DNA of 61,444 bases, filler included, from Circinaria calcarea (Eukaryota), in assembly GCA_051942165.1 (NCBI GenBank). It is 13 parts of 13 records of this genome, joined end to end, with 100 filler letters (N's around TTAATTAATTAA, not from the genome) between each part and the next. Parts side by side here need not be neighbours in the genome. Positions count along the whole stretch, not along the records: positions 1 to 4,653 come from JAVECS010002237.1; positions 4,754 to 9,399 come from JAVECS010002238.1; positions 9,500 to 14,145 come from JAVECS010002239.1; 10 more parts are not named here. One strand, given 5' to 3'. Positions 1-10,606 of the stretch are shown here, in pieces. A program made the translations under genes and the position numbers. How positions within the stretch are numbered: the stretch's first letter is position 1; each line of letters opens with the position of its first letter. Below the pieces are notes generated by a model. The model had not been told where the DNA came from. It did no database searches and saw only the letters and a list, made by a program, of their open reading frames with translations.

Positions 1-66
1 AAAGCAGCCTCAATCATTAGCTCATCACATATCTTAAACTCTTTCTCAGATACCGCAATTCATGAA

Positions 67-1047
67 ATGTCACAACCGTGGGACTACATCGCCAAGCTCG
101 TCTGCATCGGCGACAGCGGCACCGGTAAATCCAGCGTACGCTACTCAATCCCTCTTTCCACTCTCCTACCAATTCCAACTAACCTCCCAACCTGCCAGCT
201 CACCATCCGCCTCTGCGAAGGCCGTTTCTCCCCCCACCACGACGTAACCATCGGCGTCGAATTTGGCTCCCGCATCGTTCCCGTCGGTCCTCCCGCCTCC
301 CTATCCCTAAACATCAACAACCCATCCTCTCAATCCCAATCCTCTACCGCCCAATCCCAAAACCAAAGCTCCCCTCCGTCCAAACTTCCCCCGTCACGAA
401 CCGCCTCCTCCTCTACTACTAACAACACCTCCTCACCACCCTACCAAAAACGCATGAAACTCTCCCTTTGGGACACTGCCGGCCAAGAAACCTACAAATC
501 CATCACGCGCTCCTACTTCCGCGGCGCATCCGGTGCCCTCCTCGTCTACGACATCACCCGCCGCTCCACCTTCGACTCCGTCACCGCCTGGCTACACGAC
601 CTGCGCCAGATCGCAGAGGAAGGCATCATCGTCATCCTCGTCGGCAATAAGTCCGACCTCGCGTCCGCCAGTCTCGTTTCCCAGGCCAACGGAAACGGCG
701 ACGCCGCCGACAGTCATCCGGACTCAGCGAGGAACAAACGCGCCGTCTCGGTGCAGGAAGCGCAGGCTTGGTGCTCGGCGAACAATGTCCCCTACTACGT
801 CGAAACGTCGGCCAAATCCGGCGAGGGGGTCGAGCGCGCATTCTTGGAAGTCGCGGAGCGAATCTACCAGAATATCGAAGCGGGTCGGTACGACTTGAAT
901 GACCGGCGGAGCGGCGTAAAGGGACCCGGGGCGGGAGGCGGCAGAGCAGGTGGAGGAGGAGGCGGTGGTGGGGCCGTCGTGTTGGGAATGAATGACGTAG
1001 GGGGCATGGGAGTAGGGAAAGGAGGATGGAGCGGCGGCTGTTGTTAG
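67..1047 (+). CDS. RAB2: Rab-family small GTPase, Rab2-like; one intron 136..198
   Basis: Motifs: P-loop GDSGTGKS, effector HDVTIGVEFG, WDTAGQE, GNKSD, ETSAK, C-terminal GGCC prenylation site. Removing intron GTACGC(136)..CTAAC..CAG(198) gives GKSS|LTIRL. Confidence 0.9.
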   Translation: MSQPWDYIAKLVCIGDSGTGKSSVRYSIPLSTLLPIPTNLPTCQLTIRLCEGRFSPHHDVTIGVEFGSRIVPVGPPASLSLNINNPSSQSQSSTAQSQNQSSPPSKLPPSRTASSSTTNNTSSPPYQKRMKLSLWDTAGQETYKSITRSYFRGASGALLVYDITRRSTFDSVTAWLHDLRQIAEEGIIVILVGNKSDLASASLVSQANGNGDAADSHPDSARNKRAVSVQEAQAWCSANNVPYYVETSAKSGEGVERAFLEVAERIYQNIEAGRYDLNDRRSGVKGPGAGGGRAGGGGGGGGAVVLGMNDVGGMGVGKGGWSGGCC

Positions 1048-1586
1048 CTATGGAACTAATACGGAGCAGAACCGGTAAGGGGGTGTGGTTGTGTACCATA
1101 TATGTGTGAGTGCGGGCCAGGCCAAAGGGGAAAAAAGCATCAGCATGGTGATAGGAATAGGAGTTTGGCGCAAATCGGTTTATAGGTGTTTTCATCTCGG
1201 GGATTTCCTTTACCTTGGGGCTAATACATGAAAGGGTGGGGGGGGGGCTTTCCCCAAGAAAAGAAAAGAGCAATCACTGTACATTTAAACGTTTTTTCAC
1301 TGTAACCAATGACAATGATACTCTCAATGATTATAATCTCAACAATTCTCCCCAAGTGCAAGTGCAATGCATGTATCAAAATTCCCCACGAATTTGTCAA
1401 ATAAACTGATGCCACACCCCCCCCCCCCCACACACACATACAGAGAGAGAGAGAGAAGGTTTTAATTACCACGAACCTTTTCTCTCTTCCATTACATTAA
1501 AAAGCCAGAGCCAGAGAAACAGGGGGGAAAAGGGAAAGGGAAAAGGGTGATATATCCGTACAAACAGCGTCCCCCCCCCCCTCGGC

Positions 1587-1612
1587 CCTACCTACCTACC
1601 TACCTACCTACC
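1587..1612. repeat. (CCTA)6 microsatellite between convergent Rab and PMT2 genes
   Basis: Read directly. Poly-C, poly-G and (GA)n tracts lie nearby at 1237-1460. Confidence 0.9.
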
Positions 1613-1829
1613 GCATTGTATTCCGGTTTGAAAAAAGCCTTATTGAGAATAACTTAAAACTCACACAGAGAGGGAGTAGGAGTAACATAACGATTCCCAG
1701 TCCTGCCTGGCCCTTCTCTCTCTCTCTACAACACCATCAAAAATTCTCCCTTTTCCCCCTGCTCTACACCTACTTCTTCGAAGACCCCTTTTTTAATTTC
1801 CACCCCCTTTCTCGCCCCAAAACCCAACA

Positions 1830-4393
1830 TTAATCCGAGATCCGCCATCGATCGAACCACTTGAGATGCCTCCACTGCTTATTGTCCCCCACCATCCCAA
1901 ACACAATAGCCCTGAAAAGGATAAACAGGCCCCCGACCAAGACGTACAGAGCCGCAAAAACCGCCCATTCGATTCCCCTCCGTCCCGGTTGACTCAACGG
2001 CCTCGTCACCCAATCGGCCACGAATCCCGTCGCCAAGATGGCAAAGTACAAGGCCGGGTAATAATGATGTACGTACGTCACCCGGGCCATGGCAACAAAG
2101 GGCAGATAGTGCAGGAACCAACCCACGACGGGGTACAAGCCGCTGTAATGAATGTGGTCGATTTCCTGTTGTTTGAGTTCTGCATAACCTCGTTGCCAGC
2201 GTACGAGATACCATGCTGTGAGAAGTCCAACAAGGAACAGACAGAGGGTGCTACCCCAGTAGACTGCTGGGTTGCCGAGAAGGAAGTACTTTACGATGTG
2301 ATCGTCCCAACCACACATTCGAAGACCGACGTGTAGGATAGGCCATTGCCAGAATTGAGAAGCGAGGTCATCTTGTTTGTCTGGGTCGGGAACAAGCGCG
2401 TTATTGGATGTCATCATGGCAACGTTAAGGTGGAGGAAATCGCGGAAAAAGGGGGATTTGTAAGAACCTGGGTCACCGGCGGGGACTGCGAAGACTTGTT
2501 AGTATGACCCAATTCTGAATACCAAGGCATTGGATGAGAAGGAAGAGCACATACGTTTCTCATTCCAGTGAGACTCAACGTTCCAGTGAGTATAGACATC
2601 ACGAGGATGGTTCTCCTTTGTGCATGTAACTTCAATCTGCTTAAAACCCCATTGTGGGAGATTGACGTTCCCGGCACGCAAATAGCAGCCAAGGGCGGTA
2701 TGCTTCAGGCGGAATGCGGTGGTCAAAGTCCTGATCTTAGATCTGTCCGAAGAAGCTGCATCACTAACGACTTCGACGGTCCAATGATCCTTTTCGTCGC
2801 CAATAGTAGTGTTGCCATAACACGAAACCTCGTAATCAGCTTTGGTAACGGGAGCTGCCATTTGGTGGGAGTGCAGATTTCGGCCTGTTTGAGAGTGGAT
2901 GAATCGAATAACATCCTTATCGGCAACGTATCTCAATGGAGCTTCTGGATTGAATTCTGGTTCGCTCCGGTTGGGATAGAAGAACCAATCGTTATTTGCG
3001 TCCTTGTGGTGATAGCAGGTTACTTGTTGCTGCTGCGAGCCTTCTGGATAAGTCTGCACATGGGAGTGGAGCAAGCCGCCGCCGTAACCCATGTTCTTCA
3101 GCGTGGCACGCGAACCATAAGCAATCTCAAGCGGACTATCCTTCCCGACCTCTGTGCCTCGTAGGTTGGCTTGGAAAAGAGAGCTCATTTGAGCATCTCC
3201 TGGACCACTGTTCTCGAGAACGAGAAAATGAATGTAGAAGGAGAACATATATACCAAAAGTGGGACTACAATCAAGCCGATAACTCGGGCTATAAGATGC
3301 TGGCCGTATTCAATCTAGACAACATTAGCAAAGGTCACACTCACACCAACGGGACACTCACTACCGGCATCTCAAGGTCTCCGAATTTATTCCACAGATC
3401 TTCAATCGTGTAGAGCCCCACAAGCGCAGTACAGAAAAGCCCAACCCATTTCACACTGCATACACAGCCTATGCTAATACCACTGAGGAAGAGCCAAAGG
3501 AACCACTCAGGCGAAAAGCTTTCTTTCTGCAGCTGGTGGAATCGAGCCCAACATAATACCGTTGTAAACGTAAAGAAGAGTAACATCGAGTCCAGGAGTA
3601 TAAATCTTGATATTGTAGCATATGAGTTCTCGAACAGTACCATTGCCGTCACAAGCCAGACGGCAGGTCTTCTGAAATTCAATTGCTGGGCGGTGTAGTA
3701 CGCTAGGGGTACACAGAGCGCCCCGAAGGTTGCATTGAAAAGGCGCATAAACGTGTAATTGACCTCCTCGGGGTACGTATCACCAGACTTGAACTCAAAG
3801 GAGCCATTGTATCCCGCAAGGTAGCCGGAGAGACCAACAAGCATTTTACCAAGAGGAGGATGCACGTCAAAGTAGAACTCGCGCTTAAGGTAGTGAGAGC
3901 CAAATTTTCCGAAGCTGATGGGCAAGCGCATATTAGCTTTGGTCCACAAATTTCACCAGCTACGCTATCCCATGCACAGCATCTCATTCCTGTGAGGCCG
4001 ATCTCTGAAACACTTACTGGGCTTCATCCCACGTCACTATAGGCGACAAGCCTATCCGGTACATCCTCGTGAAGAAGGAAAGAAACGTAAAAATCATGGG
4101 CGCGTAGAGGAACTCCCATTCGTCAAGTACAGCCAACATTGATTGTCGAGGCTACTCGATAACACACCTGTTAGCAAGAACATTGACCTCAAGCTTCACA
4201 GGCAGCCTGAAGGGACCGTTGGTCTGGAAGGTGTCATAGCGATATATACCTTTCGCGACTTTTTGTCGTCATATCTCTCGGGAGAATATGTGATGTCCCC
4301 ATTGCTGCCATTTTTACGGGGGACATTTCTCCTCCTCATGTCGTGATCATCTCGCGCTGTGCCCGTTGAGTGACTTGTCGGAAGAGTGGCCAT
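1830..4393 (-). CDS. PMT2: Dolichyl-phosphate-mannose:protein O-mannosyltransferase, PMT2 subfamily; multi-exon
   Basis: [38 protein letters not shown] region [24 protein letters not shown], and [17 protein letters not shown] pieces 4196-4393, 3341-3949, 2499-3275 and 1830-2417 are joined by GT-AG introns. Confidence 0.93.
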
Positions 4394-4653
4394 GTTGTCG
4401 CCCGATGGTAGTTAAGACTGCTTGTATGTGCGAAGATTCGTAGATAGGAAGCAAAGTAAGGAAGCAGCTGGACGTATGAAGGGGTTGACGGCCAAGGGGG
4501 AAGCCGGGTAGCCGTTGAACTGACTCGTAATGAACGTGGAGAAGGTGTAGACTAGAAAGTCGTGAGTCCCATTACCATTGACGAAGCACGGCTGGATGCG
4601 AAGTCAGCCATGTGCTTGGTGACGCTGCTGTTATGTGGGTTATTAGGCTCAAG

Positions 4654-4753
4654 NNNNNNNNNNNNNNNNNNNNNNNNNNNNNNNNNNNNNNNNNNNNTTA
4701 ATTAATTAANNNNNNNNNNNNNNNNNNNNNNNNNNNNNNNNNNNNNNNNNNNN
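4654..4753. other. Artificial contig spacer N44-TTAATTAATTAA-N44 (first of 12)
   Basis: The same 100-bp spacer occurs at 9400-9499, 14146-14245, 18889-18988, 23631-23730, 28371-28470, 33106-33205, 37837-37936, 42565-42664, 47289-47388, 52009-52108 and 56727-56826. TTAATTAATTAA gives stops in all six frames. Confidence 0.99.
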
Positions 4754-6379
4754 ACCTTCTCCCACAATGCCAATTTCTTCCTCTACACAACATTGGAATC
4801 AGCGCGACCAATTGCCCAAGGCCGTGCCAATGCACTTCCTGCACCGTTCCCGGTTCTGACCGGCATGCCAGTAGCTGGTATGGCTTACCTTGATCGTCCG
4901 AGTCCAGCAGGGTACTTTATCTTTCCAGACTTATCCGTACGCCATGAAGGGAAGTACAGATTAAGTTTCAATCTGTTTGAGGAGCTGAAGGAAGCACGGG
5001 ATGCGGATGCCGAACCGGCCATCAGCAACCCAGATCATCCCAATAACAAGGTGATGCGGAGTAGTCCGATGGCACCCCAAGCCCACGTGCATTTCCGCCT
5101 TGAAGTCAAATCGGAGCCGTTTGTTGTCTTTAGTGCAAAAAAGTTTCCCGGTCTTGCAGAAAGTACCGCACTCAGCCGTGTCGTTGCCGAGCAAGGCTGC
5201 CGTGTCCGTATCCGTCGAGATGTTCGTATGAGACGACGTGACACGAAAACCGGTAAAGAATATGATGAATATGATGATGATGCCGCCTACACCAGGACTG
5301 ATCGCTTTGGGACTCCGGACGTGTATCCTCAAGGACCCACTTCGGATCGTGCACGTTCTATCAGTAATGTCAGTGTGGATATCCCAGCGCCGTATAATAG
5401 CATGGAACAGCGCAGACCTTCAGTGCAAGACTCGGGGTACTATAATCAGGGCTCTTATCAGCAGGTTTCTATGGCACCAGTACATCAGCCTACAAGTAAC
5501 AATTATGGCTCTCATCTATCCTTTAGCGGATCATCTGCACCTCAATATCAAACTTCAGCAATGCCCTCAGTCCCTCAACCCGTTCCACAATCTGCTCAGA
5601 CTTATATGCCCAATAGCACTCCTTACCCGTACCAATCCACGCCTCAAATACGACAGCAGGCTAACACTCAAAATTATGGATATAACTTGAACCAGGCCTA
5701 CCACCAGCCTCAGTATCAGAACCCCCAACAGTACGAGGAGAACAGCGATTACAGACCATTATCAGACTACCGCCGGACTTCAGTTCCGCCAAATCAATCC
5801 ACTTATTCTTCTCAGTCAGTAAACTCATACCCTGCAGTGGATCCTCACGTATCATACGGACAGCAGCAGCAGCAGCAGCAACAGAATTATTATTCTCAAC
5901 CTCTTCCACCCACAGCTTCGAGTGGCACCGCTCCAAGTCATGCACAGGTGCTTCCGCCCTTGAAAACTCTGCAACCGCTGCCGGATAGACAGTACGAACC
6001 GTCCGAGAGAAGATACGAACCTCTGGCAGCTGCCAAAGTACTGCCCAGCTCTGTTACCTCAGTTGCTGTTCAGCCAGAATCTTCGCCTAGTACCTCGACG
6101 CCCTGGTCCGCTAATACACAATCATCTACTGAAGTATCAGCTCGCTCATCTAAGCGGCCGTTTGCGACGGTTTTCGATACAGCGCATCTGAACCAATCTA
6201 TCCACGGTGGCATGCGCCCCGATGCTATGAAGCAGGGCCAGGACATTGCCCAAATCCAACTCGACGATGGCACGCTAGTCGATGAAGACGACGAATTGCC
6301 GAATCTGAGGCTACTCTCTTACCGGCGGGCCGATGGCAGCAGGCAACACAAGAAGTGTCCGTCACCAATCGTCGGATGA
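4754..6379 (+). CDS. veA: Velvet-domain developmental/secondary-metabolism regulator VeA, 5'-truncated by contig edge
   Basis: Frame is open from the contig start (TFSHNANFFLYTTLE). Velvet motifs AGYFIFPDLSVRHEGKYRLSFNL and FSAKKFPGLAESTALSRVVAEQGCRVRIRRDVRMRRR; Q/P/S/Y-rich tail ending YRRADG. Confidence 0.93.
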   Translation, partial: TFSHNANFFLYTTLESARPIAQGRANALPAPFPVLTGMPVAGMAYLDRPSPAGYFIFPDLSVRHEGKYRLSFNLFEELKEARDADAEPAISNPDHPNNKVMRSSPMAPQAHVHFRLEVKSEPFVVFSAKKFPGLAESTALSRVVAEQGCRVRIRRDVRMRRRDTKTGKEYDEYDDDAAYTRTDRFGTPDVYPQGPTSDRARSISNVSVDIPAPYNSMEQRRPSVQDSGYYNQGSYQQVSMAPVHQPTSNNYGSHLSFSGSSAPQYQTSAMPSVPQPVPQSAQTYMPNSTPYPYQSTPQIRQQANTQNYGYNLNQAYHQPQYQNPQQYEENSDYRPLSDYRRTSVPPNQSTYSSQSVNSYPAVDPHVSYGQQQQQQQQNYYSQPLPPTASSGTAPSHAQVLPPLKTLQPLPDRQYEPSERRYEPLAAAKVLPSSVTSVAVQPESSPSTSTPWSANTQSSTEVSARSSKRPFATVFDTAHLNQSIHGGMRPDAMKQGQDIAQIQLDDGTLVDEDDELPNLRLLSYRRADGSRQHKKCPSPIVG

Positions 6380-7410
6380 TGCTTGGACGGTGCCTTTCGA
6401 GGCCACTAGCACGAAATCAATATACTAGACGGAGGTATACTGGGCCCAACCAGTCCTTGCTGTTTTCGCATGTTGGGGATGTTCCCTCTGGTGTAGATGG
6501 TAGCCGGTCTACTGCAGGAGTAATGGTTGGACAGTCTCGGCGGTGGGCGTTGTGTTTAGCAGGATGGTATTTGTGGCAATGTCCACTTCTCCCTTGATTC
6601 CATCCATGTCTTTTCCACTGTCTTTATCTTCTGATACAATGTATCGAGCGGGTGCCTGCCCTGCTCCTAAAATCCTTTAGCCCATTTATAGCGTCGTATT
6701 GGAGGGTATATAGATAGTGGTTGGGTAATGTAGGGAGGTTATCAGATATTGCAATATATATCCTACATCATCCATTCACCGCGGACAAGTCCCCTGTGAA
6801 TCTGGATATGTTGCCTTGTACATTTCCAAAGATGCACATTCCTCTGTATCGGTGACGAAGCTATTGCCGTGCACGTAGGACACTGCCCAATTTTGCTCGA
6901 TTACCCGTTGGTCAAAGGAGGGAAAGGGTAGCACGTGAGCTCGCGTTGAATGCTCGTGCCGGCAATGTCCAACGCGGGGGTCCGCGCCTAAAAGCAGTTG
7001 ACGTTGCGCTCTGCTGTTGGCAAAGTACCACGGAACATTGATGATTGGCGGGGTGGCCGATTGGTGAATTATACGTTAGCGGGAGAAATCCAGTTGATAT
7101 CTGCTTGGAGGAGGTGAAGGCCGGTGGTGCAATTGGTCACAGTCAGTCAAGTCGGGTTGCGGGGTTGAAAGTGGCATAGCTCGGGTCCGATTGTTTATCC
7201 GAACAATTCAAGAGACTCCTTCCATCTTTCCTCATCTTCATTTCTTCCACTTTGTATTCGGTCTTCCCTTCCAACTCGAGCAAAGCCTTTGTTTACCTTT
7301 GGTTTCTGTATGAACAACAACTCCACCTTCGCATTGCTGATCGTGCTTGCTTTCTTGCTTGCTTGAAGACTGCATCTATACCCACTACCTCTTTCCCGTG
7401 GTTCAGAACA

Positions 7411-8530
7411 ATGGAGGCTTCAGGCTTCTCAGTGATGCCTTGCGTTTCCAAGATATCTCCCTCCCGGGCTCCGTCACTGCACTCATCCGTGGGTAGCAAT
7501 CCCTCTCGATTCATGAATACTAATCAATTGTCTCTCCCGTTAGGCCTGCAACATCGAGACTTCAAGTCATCCTACTACAACTGGATCAAAGGGTCATGGA
7601 GAGGAAACATCAACTACCAATCCGTCACTCATCCCATTCACCCCTTCCCGCAAGCGTTACTATGGAGAGCTCCGTCGGGCATCTGGAGATGCAGAGACCA
7701 ACGGACCACGAAGGATCTCCATTGAAGACCATCATGAAGGTCCTCGAACAGATGCGAAGCGGAGTCGACGCACACGCTCACGCTCGCTTTCAACCTCCAA
7801 CAAGAGTACCACATCTCCTTCTCAGATCAAGATCCAATCACGCAAATGGTCCCGAAAGTTCATCTTGACGAGCCAGAAACGTCGTTGTGTCGGGCGTAAG
7901 TCGAGATTTCTCGAGGGTAGCATGAACGATCGTACCAGTGGACGACCACCGAGCATTTTCATGCAAGATGCGAGCGCTACGGAGCGTGCCATGGAGCAAT
8001 ACATGACAAAACAAGGGGATGAAGATGGGGAAGACTTGGAGCAGAGTCCTCAATTCTACGACGCCGGGATCGAACCAACGAAACCTTCTATCATTTGGGG
8101 ATTGAGGAAAACTCTGGTGAACGTCCTCAATCCATTGGCCGTGTGGCAAGGTCTCAATGGAATGTTCAAGGAGCAGCACAATTTGGAACAAGAACAAGCA
8201 AGGAAGAAAGTTTTGCAGAAACAACAAAAGTTGAGCAAGAAAGTCAGCAATCTCGAGGGCAAATTGGAACTTGCCCGTCGTGACCTGCAGATGTTGACAC
8301 AGGAGGAGGACGTCCCACCTGTTCCGCAAGTGCTGGCTTGGAAGGTCAAGGCGTTTGTCCCTGGAGTATTGGCCACGCTTCCTTCGGAGCGTTTCCTCTA
8401 CGATGGTCTTGCGGTTTCGGCGGACATGGAGGCGAAGGAGATGCCGATTGTGGAGAAGGAGATGCCGATTGTGAATGAGGAGACGCGTGTGGAGAAGGAA
8501 GATTATGATTGGGGTGAGGATGTCTTTTGA
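7411..8530 (+). CDS. Conserved Pezizomycotina hypothetical protein, ~354 aa, with a coiled coil; intron 7489..7543
   Basis: ATG 7411, donor GTGGGT 7489, CTAAT branch, TAG acceptor 7543, then frame open 7544-8530. Recalled family motifs GRKSRFLEGSMND..PPSIF, LQKQQKLSKKVSNLEGKL, FVPGVLATLPSER and C-terminal DWGEDVF. Confidence 0.6.
8434..8473 (+). repeat. In-frame tandem duplication with 21-bp period (KEMPIVE/KEMPIVN)
   Basis: GAAGGAGATGCCGATTGTG at 8434 and 8455. Confidence 0.85.
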
Positions 8531-10068
8531 ATTGGGGGAGGGTACTGAGATGTGAAGCTTTTTCTCTGGTTTTGTGGGTGGTTTAAATTGTGGGCGTTTG
8601 GGAATGGGTTAGAGGTTGGGGGATATCTCTGATGAATGATGAATGATGAATGACGATTGATGATCTTACGGCCTTTTTTCTTCTTGTTTCTTTTCCTTTT
8701 GGTGTTGTTTGTAAGCAAATCCCCAAGGGGCTCTTTTTGGCATCAGCACCTGCTTGCGGCAGCATTAAGCAGAAATCGCTTGGATAAGTGCAAAGCTTCA
8801 ATCACGAAATCGATATAATTACAGAAAACCACGCTTGCAAGAAAGATAATAAAGTGAAAATGCCGGGAAACGGACAAACCCTAACCCTTGTAGATACTGT
8901 TACTGTTATGGCGCTCGTTTTTCTCTCGGGGCTATATATGGTACAGAGGGAAAGGATACGGCGGTACAACCGTGCAACAAGACTTGTGTAATTTAGAGAG
9001 TGCGAGCGGGGGGTTCTCCCCCGGCAAAAATTATAAACAAATTCATTTATTTATTTATTTCTACTTATTATGGTGATTTTGGGGACGTGATTTTTTCAGA
9101 GTATATGTAGGTAGGCAGATAGGGCTATTGTTTACCGGTAGTAATACGTACCGCTCCGCCCTCACCCTCCCTTTCCCCTTTTGTAAATTTTTGAATTCGG
9201 TTGCTCTTTTTGACTTCCTTCCTAACCTACCTTTCCCTCATTTTTTTCTAGCTAACTTACCTATCTATCTATCTATCTACCTACCTATCTATCTAGCTCC
9301 TCTTTACCGCTACTATAACCTTTCCTTTCCTTTCCCGTGCGGTTTCCTAATCCCTAATTCTTTGAGCTTTTGGACTTTTTGTCTGGATCGGTTGTGGGGN
9401 NNNNNNNNNNNNNNNNNNNNNNNNNNNNNNNNNNNNNNNNNNNTTAATTAATTAANNNNNNNNNNNNNNNNNNNNNNNNNNNNNNNNNNNNNNNNNNNNG
9501 ATGTAGGTTGCTTGCTTGTACATCAGGGTAGTGAACATAGCTGGAGGGGGTGCTGAGGGAAGGGGGGAAAGGTAAGGGGGCAAGGTAAGGTTGATTTGTC
9601 CTTTGCAAGGAAATGTAACTAGATTGGATGGAATTTTCAATTGATGAGGGAGGTTAAGCGGAAGGATACCTAGTAATGTTCCTACTGAGCTGGAGGATAG
9701 TCAACTCGCGATTGGATAAATGCTCGTAGCTTGGGGAAGATATGGGAGGGACTCCAGGGAGGGCATCAGGAATTGGGATGGTAGCAGGACTCACACTCAC
9801 AAGTTTGCTTGGGAGGGAGAAAAAGAGCATCAGCAGGGTACGTGATCCGTTACCAGTATTCATTGGAACCTTCATGGGAATTGCAGATGATTGTATTGCT
9901 AAGGCGTCTGCCCACCGCCACGAAAGATGGGGAGACACGCGTGAAGCTAAACTAATGGGAGTCAAACATGAAAGAGCCAGTCATTCGCCAGCCGTTCGTT
10001 ACCCTTCCCCTCAGCACTTGGAACCCCGAAGCCATCGCGTTGCCCTTGCATCTCTCTTCCGAGCGAAT

Positions 10069-10483
10069 TCAGGCAGTACCGAGGATATTAGACTCGTAAA
10101 TGGCACTCGTCTTGCCAGTGTTGCTGTTCTCGATCTGACGCGTGCATTTCAAGTCAGCTATATCTGCTGCAAGACAATATGGCGCCGGCTTCTCACCTCA
10201 TATCGGGGGTTGTCTTCGCTGGCCTGCACGTTGCGGTCGGTCATGTTGGTGGGCTCGGTGGCGACTTCTTTAATCACACCGGTGCTCTCGGAGGAGTTGG
10301 AGTCGGGACCTAGTATGCCAGAAAGCTGTCAGCTATGTTGTGGAGGAACATGAAAACTGATAACGAGATGCGGTGACGTTGGTTTTGACGCTAGGTGTTT
10401 GGGAAAAGAGACGGAGGGGAAGGAGGGTCCGTACCACCAACGGGCTTGTAACGCACAGTCTGGCCAACCTTGTATTGAGGCAT
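10069..10483 (-). CDS. 75-aa Hva1/Tudor-like (DUF2945-type) small protein; 3 exons (10435-10483, 10197-10309, 10069-10134)
   Basis: Introns GTACGG..CTGAC..TAG and GTGAGA..CTGAC..CAG. Spliced product: MPQYKVGQTVRYKPVGGPDSNSSESTGVIKEVATEPTNMTDRNVQASEDNPRYEIENSNTGKTSAIYESNILGTA*. Absent from the ORF track. Confidence 0.85.
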
Positions 10484-10600
10484 TGTGCTTGGTTTTGCTG
10501 GTGAAGCTTGGAAGTAGTTTAGGTAGTGTTTGGTAGATGTCAATACGTTTGATGAGATACGTGAAGAAAGAATGTCATTGGGAATGGGAGGATCTAGGGC

Positions 10601-10606
10601 TTTATA
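10601..10606 (-). promoter_or_regulatory. Probable TATA box of the 75-aa Hva1-like gene
   Basis: TATAAA on the minus strand ~120 bp upstream of ATG 10483. An AGGGG (STRE-like) site lies ~15 bp further upstream. Confidence 0.45.

Noticed and set aside
7596..7868. 90-aa ORF as a separate gene or frameshifted N-terminus
   Set aside because: The other frame is open from the acceptor at 7543 and splices to ATG 7411, which explains the region without a frameshift.
9742..10353. 203-aa plus-strand ORF
   Set aside because: Antisense shadow of the spliced 75-aa minus-strand gene, with no recognisable motif.
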